From an uncultured virus (IMG/VR IMGVR_UViG_3300046030_000062) (Duplodnaviria > Heunggongvirae > Uroviricota > Caudoviricetes), in IMG/VR virus record IMGVR_UViG_3300046030_000062: DNA of 64,000 nucleotides; one strand, given 5' to 3'. The position numbers and the translations under genes were made by a program. Of this stretch, positions 37,681 to 46,360 are shown one piece after another (positions within the stretch are counted from its first letter, which is position 1; each line of letters opens with the position of its first letter). The notes below the pieces were generated by a model. The model was not told the origin of the DNA and made no database searches. It saw only the letters and a program-made list of their open reading frames with translations.

Positions 37681-38613
37681 GTGACAACAGATGAAAAACC
37701 ACGGCTTTGTGGCGGCACCTTCTTTGTCCTGGTTCTTCAGGCACTGAAGCAGCGTGTCAAAGCGAGGCAGCATTATAAGGGCGAGAGGGATGGCCTCTCA
37801 GATCCGGAAGTCTTGATGGGGCTGATCAAAGTGATCAATCCTGAGTATCAGGAACCGAGAGAAGGAGCCCTTAAGGGAAAGACAAACGACTTTAAGTCAT
37901 GCAAAACATCAACCGGACAGTATTTACCGTTCGGTGACACACCTGAAATAGATACTTTTGATAAGCGCGTGAGGGAGAGATTCCCGGATGCGCTTAATGC
38001 CATGTCTATTTTTGTGGACGATTTCCTTGAAACAGGCACAGAGGTTCAGAAGGACGTCCGCCTTGTAAAAGCACTTCTTGATCTGATTCAGCAGGATGAC
38101 AGTATTGGTAAAGATGAAGAATTCTATGTCAGTGAAGATGGAGGCAAAATAAAAAAGGCCGCACTGGGCGGTCTTCGAAAAGTGTGCCTTCCAGCATTTC
38201 TGCTTGGAGTTTGGCATTATGTAGTTGTGTACAGAAAAGACAATAGCGTAGGACGCAGCACCTATGATGAGTGGTGCCCTGAGAATGGGCGGGCTCCAAG
38301 AACGTACACCGGTGGTATGGGCAGAAACATCACTTCCGAAATGGATGTATACACTCTTAAATGCGAAAGGTCAGGAAAAACCTCTACCAGTGAGAAAGAC
38401 GAGGATCAGGTGTTTGACTTCGGAGATGAAGACCAAGAAGATGAAACATTTGATTTCGGAGATGAAGACAAAGAGAAGACGACTCCTCCTACCACACAGA
38501 ATATTTACAATCCGCTGATTATTCAGCAATCAGGCGCTGGTAGTACAGTCATCCCTAACTACGGAACTATTAACCTTGATCTTGGCAAACGAGGAGGTGG
38601 TTCCAATGAGTGA
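37681..38613 (+). CDS. Unknown protein: globular N-domain, acidic linker, C-terminal amyloid-like motif (IPNYGTIN)
   Basis: Long ORF; GTG 37681 follows GGAG (track start 37666); C-terminal motif shared with the next gene. Confidence 0.85.
   Translation: MTTDEKPRLCGGTFFVLVLQALKQRVKARQHYKGERDGLSDPEVLMGLIKVINPEYQEPREGALKGKTNDFKSCKTSTGQYLPFGDTPEIDTFDKRVRERFPDALNAMSIFVDDFLETGTEVQKDVRLVKALLDLIQQDDSIGKDEEFYVSEDGGKIKKAALGGLRKVCLPAFLLGVWHYVVVYRKDNSVGRSTYDEWCPENGRAPRTYTGGMGRNITSEMDVYTLKCERSGKTSTSEKDEDQVFDFGDEDQEDETFDFGDEDKEKTTPPTTQNIYNPLIIQQSGAGSTVIPNYGTINLDLGKRGGGSNE
38413..38469 (+). repeat. Tandem duplication encoding FDFGDED twice
   Basis: TTTGA(C/T)TTCGGAGATGAAGAC at 38413 and 38449 (36-bp period). 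Confidence 0.85.
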
Positions 38614-39256
38614 TGAAATCCAAGTAATATCTGCAGCAAAGCTTCCGGCAAACGGTCAGCCTCAGTATATTCAGGGTGGAAACGATGCAGTGATGATTCC
38701 GAACTATGGAACCATCAACATGCAGGTTACACAGCAGATGGCTGCAATGCCTTATTTCGGAGGAAATTTCTATATTCCGCCGAAGGTTGATCGGGAGTAT
38801 TACAACATATTTGTCCTTGGCGGAGAAGAGTTCGACAGACCTTATGTCAAGATACCGCGTAATCGTTCCCTGAACGAGTGCATGACAAAAGAGACGATGG
38901 ACAAATTTGCTCCGATGACTGAGGAGAACAGAGCCCAGATAAAAACAATGCCTTCGCTTTTTATGGCAGAAAATAGTCAATATGGTAAAGCTGATGAGAG
39001 TCAAAAAGTGATCTACGGGTTTGTGCCCGATATAAAGATATACGATAACTATGTGAAGGCTTATTACTGCGGTTACAAATTGGATGTTCCACAGTGGAGG
39101 CTGAATGAGCTTCTCGAAGAGCTCCAGCTTGTAGGCGACGATAAGCTGAATGAAATGAACAGGACTCATTGGGCGATCAAACGTTGTGACCTGATACAGG
39201 AACTGCTTGAGGCCGGAGTCCAGATACCTGTATTTAGCACTGGTGATTCACACTGA
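38606..39256 (+). CDS. Unknown protein with N-terminal amyloid-like motif (IPNYGTIN) and NRTHWAIK domain
   Basis: RBS GAGGAGG at 38591-38597; ATG overlaps the end of the upstream gene. Confidence 0.85.
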   Translation: MSDEIQVISAAKLPANGQPQYIQGGNDAVMIPNYGTINMQVTQQMAAMPYFGGNFYIPPKVDREYYNIFVLGGEEFDRPYVKIPRNRSLNECMTKETMDKFAPMTEENRAQIKTMPSLFMAENSQYGKADESQKVIYGFVPDIKIYDNYVKAYYCGYKLDVPQWRLNELLEELQLVGDDKLNEMNRTHWAIKRCDLIQELLEAGVQIPVFSTGDSH

Positions 39257-39272
39257 GATGATGGAGGAAACC

Positions 39273-39485
39273 ATGAGTAACGAAATAGAAAACACTACAT
39301 CAGAAGCAATGCCAGAAAAATGGGTAAACCTTGAAGATATTGCAGATCATCTTAGCGTCAGCACTGATACAGTCAGGAACTGGATCAAGGACGGCAAGCT
39401 GCCGTTCTACAAGGCTGGCAAGCGATATAAATTCAAGATTTCTGAAGTGGATGCGTGGCTCCGGGACGGAAAAATCTCGGATTGA
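39273..39485 (+). CDS. Excisionase-like HTH (HTH_17/MerR-like) protein
   Basis: WVNLEDIADHLSVSTDTVRNWIK..LP..KAGKRYKFK.SEVD.W. Confidence 0.88.
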   Translation: MSNEIENTTSEAMPEKWVNLEDIADHLSVSTDTVRNWIKDGKLPFYKAGKRYKFKISEVDAWLRDGKISD

Positions 39486-39523
39486 CCGATTGAGCCCAAT
39501 TAGATGAAAGGAGGCGACATAGT

Positions 39524-41821
39524 ATGACTGACAAGATGACGTCTTTAATAAAACTGATAAAACTTGATACTGCCACCTTTCATGGAGAGACGGTAGATCC
39601 GACATATGTAAATTTCTTTTTCGGAAAGAATGGAGCTGGCAAGAGCACACTTGCTAACGCATTTAGGCACCCGGAGTGCCTTGACTGGGCGACAGGCGTC
39701 AACCCAGCGGATTATACAATCCTTGTCTACGATCAGGATTTCATAACACGAAATCTCGCAGACTATGGAGACTTGAAAGGCGTATTCACATTAAGCGAAG
39801 AAAATGCTGAGACCAGAAAACAGATCGATGATAAGACGGAAGAAAGAAAAACCGTAGTTGCCGACGGGAAGCAGGCCGCCGAAGATCGTGATAAGAAAAG
39901 CGGCGAGTTGAAGCCTCTTCGAGATGCATTCGAAACTACGTGTTGGAACACGACTGATGACCTTAGAAAGAGTTTTGATCAGACTCAGAACGGGAAGAAA
40001 AAGAAGCTGCAGTTCGCAGATGAGGTTTTATCCGGCCATCATGCCGCTGTTGAGCATAAGAAAGAGGACATCCAGAAACTATACGATATCGCTTATGATC
40101 CGGATGCCCGAAAGTATCCGTTATTTAAGAAGTCGACGGATCTTGAAGGCGAATATGACCTTTCCGGAGCCAGCTACCTTGGCGAAGAAGTTACAAGCCG
40201 TAGTGAAACGCAATTTGCAAAATTCATGAAGGCGCTGAATGCTACGGAGTGGGTTAAGAAAGGTCATGCAGACTATGTTGGCCACACTGAAGGAAAGTGT
40301 CCATTCTGCCAAGGAAAGCTGCCAGAGACCTTTGAAACAGATATAGCACAGGCTTTTGATGAGGGCTACCAGAAAGCACTTGATGCGTTGGAAACACTGG
40401 AGACGGAATACACTGCAAAGATGGCAGCGATGATAGAGCTGTTTAATAATAATCTCTCAGTTGTATTTCCAAAGGTGGAGACGGCAGATTATGAAAAGCT
40501 GGTTGCTCAGCTCGAAACTCTTATTACTGAAAACGAGCAGCTGATAGCTAAGAAGCGCACAACTCCGGGTGAGCTGGTTGAGTTAAAGGATACAGATACC
40601 ATTATTGCAGAGCTTGACGATGCGATTACCGAGATTAACAAAACTATTCAGGGCAACAACGAAATAGTTGACACAAAACCTGATAAGCAACTGGAATGCT
40701 TCAACATGGTGTGGGAGGAGATCGCCTTCCTGCTAAAAGATGATGTTGCGGCTTATAAAAAGAGCAAGGCAGATATTGAAGCGGAAGCAAAGAGACTGGA
40801 TGGTAGGGTCAAAACACTTCAGGGAGAGTATAGAAAGCTATCCGGCGAGATCAACACGCTCAATGCCAGTGTGATAAATACAGCTGCCACGGTTGATAGC
40901 ATCAATGCACATCTGAAAGATTCAGGATTTGAGGGCTTTACTCTTCATGAAAAAGAGGGCGTGAAAGGAACCTATGAGGTTATTCGTGAAGACGGACGGG
41001 TGGCTGATCACCTCAGCGAAGGTGAGAGAAACTTCATTGCGTTCCTATACTTTTATCACGTTGTACGAGGAAGCCAATCAGAGACGGATTCTGGGAAGGA
41101 TAAGATTGTAATTATAGACGATCCTGTTTCCAGCATGGACTCCAGTGCCCTGTTCATAGTAAGCGCTCTTGTGCGTGAAATGATCGGGGTTTGCAGCAAT
41201 AACGTAAGCGGCGCAGCCGTCAGAGGGAACGGTACTGAATACGAAGGAAAGTATATCCAGCAGCTGTTTATACTGACGCATAATGCTTTCTTCCACAGGG
41301 AGATCACGTATAACCAGGTGAGCCATTACCGGTATGTTTCCTTCTTTAAGGTAAACAAGAAGAATAACGTATCGACAGTAGAAAAATGTGTCAAAGAGGC
41401 CACTAAGGTTTCTGAGAAAGACCGGAATTACAACCCGGTACAGAATTCCTATAATGCGCTTTGGCGTGAGTACGAGACACTGGATTCCCCGATCCCGTTG
41501 ATGAACGTGATCAGGAGGATTCTTGAATATTACTTCATCCAGCTATGTGCAGTCGATAACAATGTGTTGAGCACGACCGTTCTGGAAGCTGTTAAGAAAA
41601 AAATAACTGAAGACGCTGGTGGCGGAGTTCCAGATTATACAAAGTATCATCTGGCGCAGGCGATGCTCTCTTACATCAACAGGTCGGATGCATTTAATGA
41701 TGGCATGCATTTTGTGGATGAGAGTATAGACTGTGATCAGTACAGGGATGTGTTCCGCACGATATTTGACGTGATGGGGCACGGGCAACACTTTAAGAGA
41801 ATGATATCTGAAGCGGATTGA
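39524..41821 (+). CDS. RloC-like (AAA_13) Rad50/SMC-type ABC ATPase with HEPN-like C-terminus
   Basis: GKNGAGKS Walker A, coiled coil with CPFC zinc hook, LSEGE signature, IIDDPVSSMD Walker B, LTHN, NVIRRILEYYF. Confidence 0.85.
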   Translation: MTDKMTSLIKLIKLDTATFHGETVDPTYVNFFFGKNGAGKSTLANAFRHPECLDWATGVNPADYTILVYDQDFITRNLADYGDLKGVFTLSEENAETRKQIDDKTEERKTVVADGKQAAEDRDKKSGELKPLRDAFETTCWNTTDDLRKSFDQTQNGKKKKLQFADEVLSGHHAAVEHKKEDIQKLYDIAYDPDARKYPLFKKSTDLEGEYDLSGASYLGEEVTSRSETQFAKFMKALNATEWVKKGHADYVGHTEGKCPFCQGKLPETFETDIAQAFDEGYQKALDALETLETEYTAKMAAMIELFNNNLSVVFPKVETADYEKLVAQLETLITENEQLIAKKRTTPGELVELKDTDTIIAELDDAITEINKTIQGNNEIVDTKPDKQLECFNMVWEEIAFLLKDDVAAYKKSKADIEAEAKRLDGRVKTLQGEYRKLSGEINTLNASVINTAATVDSINAHLKDSGFEGFTLHEKEGVKGTYEVIREDGRVADHLSEGERNFIAFLYFYHVVRGSQSETDSGKDKIVIIDDPVSSMDSSALFIVSALVREMIGVCSNNVSGAAVRGNGTEYEGKYIQQLFILTHNAFFHREITYNQVSHYRYVSFFKVNKKNNVSTVEKCVKEATKVSEKDRNYNPVQNSYNALWREYETLDSPIPLMNVIRRILEYYFIQLCAVDNNVLSTTVLEAVKKKITEDAGGGVPDYTKYHLAQAMLSYINRSDAFNDGMHFVDESIDCDQYRDVFRTIFDVMGHGQHFKRMISEAD

Positions 41822-41889
41822 GTCCATATTATAGGACACCCGTTTTGATAGGATAGAATTGGAAGGATAGGATGGCCTATGGCAAAACA

Positions 41890-42070
41890 AGTTATCAAGC
41901 TGTATTTTGTCCTGCTCGCTGATTCTATCATATGCGGGAGTTTCGACAAAGAAAGCCTTCAGCTCGGAGTTGAAAGCACCTGCTATTTTAACTGCCGCGT
42001 TAATGACGCTGCTGTTTGCGGGAGAAGGCGAAAGGCAGATAAGGACGCACTCCGTTTTAGACTTATTCAT
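41890..42070 (-). pseudogene. Truncated KdpD-like universal-stress-domain gene (N-terminal fragment)
   Basis: MNKSKTECVLICLSPSPANSSVINAAVKIAGAF...FVETP resembles the KdpD USP domain; similarity stops near QLDN. Confidence 0.6.
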
Positions 42071-42158
42071 CTGAATCTCTCCCCCTCTTATCATCCGCAC
42101 ACTTCCATGTTTCCTCGGCAGAAGATGCATGAAAAAATTATACATTATCATTATTATA

Positions 42159-42653
42159 TCACAATCTCTTTTTCAATACGAGAATAGTTCCCGTGAGAGC
42201 GCATAGAAACAGCGCTCCTGCCGAGAGCAGCAGCCCCGTTGACGGTTCGTCTTCCACAGTATGCCCTTTTTCGGTGACATTGATGGCCTCCGTGTGGATA
42301 TCCATGTCGCCGCCGTGCAGCGCACAAGCCCGGTGAAAGGTTCCGGTGAGAGAAACCGTATCACCGATGACGCGGTACCTGCCCACGTATTCAATCTTTT
42401 TTGCTTCTGAGGCTGGAATGCAGATGCCGATCGCATTTGCCCCGTCCGAAACGTTTATCCATGCGTAATCGCCGCGATAGAGGATGTCTCCGACAATCTC
42501 TCCGCTGTAATACACGGTATCGCCGTCCAGTTCGGAAGCGTTTTCAATCAGTTTCGTACTCGATACGCTCTGATTTTCTGCGTTCGCCGATATTGGCAGA
42601 ATAAAAAAGAGTATCATAAGCAAAGGAACTAATTTTATCAATTTCAATCGCAT
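42159..42653 (-). CDS. Exported OB-fold-like protein with C-terminal membrane anchor
   Basis: Signal peptide, beta-rich core (GEIVGD, GDTVSLTGTF), C-terminal TM; overlaps the trkH stop. Confidence 0.65.
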   Translation of the reverse strand: MRLKLIKLVPLLMILFFILPISANAENQSVSSTKLIENASELDGDTVYYSGEIVGDILYRGDYAWINVSDGANAIGICIPASEAKKIEYVGRYRVIGDTVSLTGTFHRACALHGGDMDIHTEAINVTEKGHTVEDEPSTGLLLSAGALFLCALTGTILVLKKRL

Positions 42654-44158
42654 TTTCTGCCGACCTTTCTGACAACGTATGCCCCCAATGTAAACACCGA
42701 CATGAATTCAAGCCGTCCAAGCCACATAATGACAATATATGTAAGCTTCAGATAGGCGGGCATCGCCGCCGATGTCACGCCAATGGAGAGGCCGACGTTT
42801 CCGGTCACTGATGCGCATTCAAAGGCTGCCATGCCTAACGGAAACCCCGCAAACATACCGACGAGAGTACCGAAGGCAAAAGTAACCATATAGGCTGTTA
42901 CGATCAGGAAAGCGCTTTTTGTCATCGAATCAGTCAAGACAATGTCTTTGATGTGGTGGATTTTTTGCTCACTTATCCGTGATTCCGGAAGCAGCATACG
43001 CTTCACTTCCGCTTTGAAGGCATTGAAAATGATACCGGTGCGCATGGCCTTAAACCCGCCCGCCGTGGAACAGGCGCTCCCTCCCAGCAGCATAGCGACG
43101 ATCATGGCGAAAAGTGCGATGTCTCCCCATTCGTGGTAAAACTGTTTGGCGTATATGGTCATAAAGCCCGTGGTGGTATGACCGGAAATAAGCTGGTAAA
43201 AGCCTTTGCGGAAGAGTGCCACGGCATTTGGATAGACATTATTTTTCATTAGTCCGGCAGTGGCTATCAGCGTAAGCAGCGTCAGCGTAACGGTAAACGT
43301 CATGGTCTCAATGTTGCGGCGCAGCTCGTTGCGCTTTCCGGAAAGCACGGCGTAATGCAGGGCAAAATTGAATGATCCTACAACAAAAAATACTACGGTG
43401 GCAAGCTCAATAAACATGCTGTGATAATATAAAATATTCTGACTCATCGGGGCAAAACCGCCGGTGCTCCATGCCGACATATAGATCCACATGCCGTGCA
43501 AAAAAGCCCTGTCGGGAGCAAGACCCGCAGAAAGTGAGGCTATGGTCATAACCACCGTCCCAATGGCAAGATAGATTAGGCTGATGAGCCAGATTTGTCT
43601 TGAGGTGCTGACTGCATTGGGAAAAAGCTTCTCATCCTTTGCTTCGCCGACGTACATTTTGTAAGCATCACTCTGGCCCTTGGTAAGAAAAGTTAAAGCC
43701 AGCACCACCATGCCCTGCCCTCCGACAAAGGTAAGCAAGTGCCTCCACATGTTTATACCGTTGGACAAATGATCCATATCCTGTATCAGGCAGAGCCCGG
43801 TAGTGGTAAGGCCGCTCATAACATCAAAACAGCAATCAAGATATGATAAAAAATTACCGGATAGATAATATGGAAGCGCGCACAGCAGTGTGCCCAATAA
43901 CCATGCACCGGACGCCACCACCGTACCTTCGCCAAAACTTAGTTTAACGCTTTTATAACGGTGTCCTCCAAATATCATCCCGATCCCGACGAGTACGGTT
44001 ATGGATGCCGTCACCAAAAATACCGCAAAAATCTTCCACTCCGAATAAAACGCGGAAATCAAAGCGGGCAAAAGCTGCAATGCCCCCAAAGCTATTATGA
44101 TGAGACCTATGTAATAACATATCGGGTATAATTTATTGATTGGTTTCTCTATTGTCAT
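42644..44158 (-). CDS. trkH: TrkH-family potassium uptake membrane protein
   Basis: Four pore loops SGLTTTG, STGGF, TTTGF, GNVGLS; GGSACSTAGGFK; GRLE. Confidence 0.9.
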   Translation of the reverse strand: MTIEKPINKLYPICYYIGLIIIALGALQLLPALISAFYSEWKIFAVFLVTASITVLVGIGMIFGGHRYKSVKLSFGEGTVVASGAWLLGTLLCALPYYLSGNFLSYLDCCFDVMSGLTTTGLCLIQDMDHLSNGINMWRHLLTFVGGQGMVVLALTFLTKGQSDAYKMYVGEAKDEKLFPNAVSTSRQIWLISLIYLAIGTVVMTIASLSAGLAPDRAFLHGMWIYMSAWSTGGFAPMSQNILYYHSMFIELATVVFFVVGSFNFALHYAVLSGKRNELRRNIETMTFTVTLTLLTLIATAGLMKNNVYPNAVALFRKGFYQLISGHTTTGFMTIYAKQFYHEWGDIALFAMIVAMLLGGSACSTAGGFKAMRTGIIFNAFKAEVKRMLLPESRISEQKIHHIKDIVLTDSMTKSAFLIVTAYMVTFAFGTLVGMFAGFPLGMAAFECASVTGNVGLSIGVTSAAMPAYLKLTYIVIMWLGRLEFMSVFTLGAYVVRKVGRKCD

Positions 44159-44165
44159 GGCGCTT

Positions 44166-44273
44166 TTATGCCCCCCATATAAAAATTACCACAAGCAAAC
44201 CTATGATCATCGTACCCGCCGCGAAAAGCATTTCCGAAATGAGTCCTGCAGCAATTGATATTATTCGTTTCAT
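44166..44273 (-). CDS. 35-aa hydrophobic peptide
   Basis: MKRIISIAAGLISEMLFAAGTMIIGLLVVIFIWGA; fills the gap between the trkA fragment and trkH; AAGGTG upstream. Confidence 0.45.
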   Translation of the reverse strand: MKRIISIAAGLISEMLFAAGTMIIGLLVVIFIWGA

Positions 44274-44286
44274 TTAAAGCACCTTC

Positions 44287-44460
44287 TTAACTGTATACAC
44301 GCTGGCCGAATGTGCTGGCAATATCCGCCTCGTCGCCCCATATAACAATCATGTCGCCTGCTTTCAGGCAGGTTGCGCCGTTCGGTATGATTGCTTGATC
44401 CTCGCGCAAAACGGCAATGATAATAAGTCCTTCCGGAAGCCCCAGGTCTTTCAGACATTT
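44287..44460 (-). pseudogene. 3' fragment of a TrkA/RCK_C-domain gene cut by IS30
   Basis: Frame reads KCLKDLGLPEGLIIIAVLREDQAIIPNGATCLKAGDMIVI with no start; abuts the IS end. Confidence 0.75.
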
Positions 44461-44464
44461 GTGT

Positions 44465-45556
44465 CGCGAATTTTCAAGTCAAGTGCAACACTTTCGAATA
44501 GAAGACTTCATAAGGTGTCCGGTACCCCAGACATTTGCGGGGCCGCATGTTTAATTCATCTATGACTTTCTGCAGGTACTCCTCAGAAATATCTGTGAGA
44601 TCTTTTCCTTTTGGAAAGTATTCCCGGAGTAGTCCATTTGTGTTTTCATTGGTCCCTCGCTCCCATGGATGGCGCGGCAACGGGAAATAAAACTGAACTC
44701 CGCCAAGAGCTTCCGTCACTTCTTTATGTCTGGCAAATTCTTTCCCACGATCCGGTGTAATACTCTCTAATGGCATTCCCTGCATAATTCGAATCATTAT
44801 CTCATTGACTGACGCGGCTTCTTTCTTAGCAGCTTTTCCTGCAACCAGAAAACGACTTTTTCGGTCTACCATGGTAACGAAGCAAGCTCTGCCAGTTTTG
44901 CCTGCCACGGTATCCCCCTCCCAATCTCCTAAACGGGATCTGTCAGCTGCTTCCTGTGGTCGCTCTCTGAGTTCATGACTGATGAGAATTTGGCCGCGGC
45001 GTTCTGAAATGCCTTTCCTTCTGCGCTTTTTCGCATGGTGCCTTAGCTTATGATTTGCTGTTTTTGTTCCATGCAGCAGTTTGGATTTATTAAATAAGCC
45101 GGCATAAATTGCCCGGTAAATCGTGACATAGCTAATGGAAAATTTCGAATGCTCCAGCTTGAGCCTTTCAGAAATTTCATCTGGAGACCACTGGTGATTT
45201 AGAAATTTATCTTCTACACATGAAAATAATTCAGGGTTATCCAGGAGCTTGTGACGTCGGCAATTTTCTCTCCTGGCATGATATTGTTCCTGAGCTTTCG
45301 AGGGAAGATATTCACCGTCTATACTGTTTCGATGAATCTCTCGAGAGATGGTTGATTTATTACGATTCAGTTCTTTGGCAATTTTAGAAATAGAATAGTC
45401 CAAAGTAAGAAACTTCAGTATTAAATCGCGTTCATTTGGTGTAAGATGCTTGTAGTGACACATAGTATTTCCCTTTCAATGAGGTCTTTAGCAAACACCA
45501 TTGTACAGGAAAGCTATGTGTCATTTCTATGTGTTGCACTTACATTAATACCCATA
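44465..45556 (-). mobile_element. IS30-family insertion sequence (ends approximate)
   Basis: Inverted AAGTGCAACAC (44481-44491) / GTGTTGCACTT (45531-45541) flank the transposase. Confidence 0.85.
44474..45463 (-). CDS. IS30-family transposase
   Basis: STISREI.RN HTH, GDWEGDTV, DRGKEFA, PWERGTNENTNGLLR, LN.RPRKCLG. Confidence 0.96.
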   Translation of the reverse strand: MCHYKHLTPNERDLILKFLTLDYSISKIAKELNRNKSTISREIHRNSIDGEYLPSKAQEQYHARRENCRRHKLLDNPELFSCVEDKFLNHQWSPDEISERLKLEHSKFSISYVTIYRAIYAGLFNKSKLLHGTKTANHKLRHHAKKRRRKGISERRGQILISHELRERPQEAADRSRLGDWEGDTVAGKTGRACFVTMVDRKSRFLVAGKAAKKEAASVNEIMIRIMQGMPLESITPDRGKEFARHKEVTEALGGVQFYFPLPRHPWERGTNENTNGLLREYFPKGKDLTDISEEYLQKVIDELNMRPRKCLGYRTPYEVFYSKVLHLT

Positions 45557-45883
45557 ATGTCAGAATGCCGTTTGAAAACACGCGGCGATGTTAGAATTTC
45601 AATAGAAGACTCGGAGTGCTGTTTTCAAATTGGTAAAGGGGATGGTCTGAAAATCAGACGAATTATTGTTTGCGTCTTAAATACAATCTCCATTATGCCT
45701 TTGAGGAAATTCCTATAATATAGCTTCAATACCGCTTAATAATAGATTTTTCAAGTGAAAGCGCATTGCAAGTCAACATACGTCTATCACACCGATTCAT
45801 ACGAAAAAGGCAAGCAACTACACAACCGAATATTTCATCGTGTCTTATGGACAATATTTTTTCTGTTCATTTATATCGTCTTC

Positions 45884-45912
45884 TTGAAACTGTTCGGATA
45901 ACCGAATATAAT
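45884..45912 (+). promoter_or_regulatory. Sigma-A promoter with palindromic operator
   Basis: TTGAAA-17 bp-TATAAT; the spacer contains TTCGG-ATAA-CCGAA. Confidence 0.75.
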
Positions 45913-45969
45913 GTGCGTATATTTGGAAACAACCAGTTCCCTATTCGGCATTACAGGGAGGAATAAGAT

Positions 45970-46164
45970 ATGGAGTTCATGTCAGTCAGAGATACTGCTT
46001 CGCTTTGGAATATCTCCGAACGCCGGGTACAAAAATTCTGCGAGGATAGCCGTGTCGAGAGTGTTCTGCGTTTCGGCCGCTCCTGGGTGATTCCCAAGGA
46101 TGCCAAGAAACCGGTCGATCCCAGAAAAGTTCGTATCAAGGAAAGAGGGAAGCAGCATGATTAA
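45970..46164 (+). CDS. Small HTH DNA-binding protein
   Basis: MSV..TA..WNISERRVQ.FC...R......FGRSWVIP.DA.KP.D.R; RBS GGAGG. Confidence 0.8.
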   Translation: MEFMSVRDTASLWNISERRVQKFCEDSRVESVLRFGRSWVIPKDAKKPVDPRKVRIKERGKQHD

Positions 46165-46360
46165 ACAAATCAATCAGGTCCGGACAAGTACATTGTTTCG
46201 GTGGCTTTTCAAAACGTCAAATCTCAAAGAGTTTATGAAAAAGAATGCTGATGAAATACGCTTACGCTCTTTCGGTGTGGTCTTTACTGTTGTGGTCCGC
46301 TTGAAGAGTGTCGGTCAAAAATTTACTTGTTTAAGCAAATCCCTTTGACGAACGCCCATT

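Larger units (their letters stand above)
69..41821 (-). mobile_element. Prophage 1: apparently complete temperate siphovirus with serine-recombinase integration module (element may extend to ~47206)
   Basis: Contiguous co-oriented integration, lysis, tail, head, packaging and replication genes in canonical order; exact ends not resolved. Confidence 0.93.

Noticed and set aside
41543..42151. 202-aa minus-strand ORF as an intact gene
   Set aside because: Only ~60 codons resemble a KdpD USP domain; the rest runs antisense through the ATPase gene.
44270..44458. 62-aa ORF from the track as a gene
   Set aside because: A different frame over the same bases encodes a clear TrkA RCK_C fragment.
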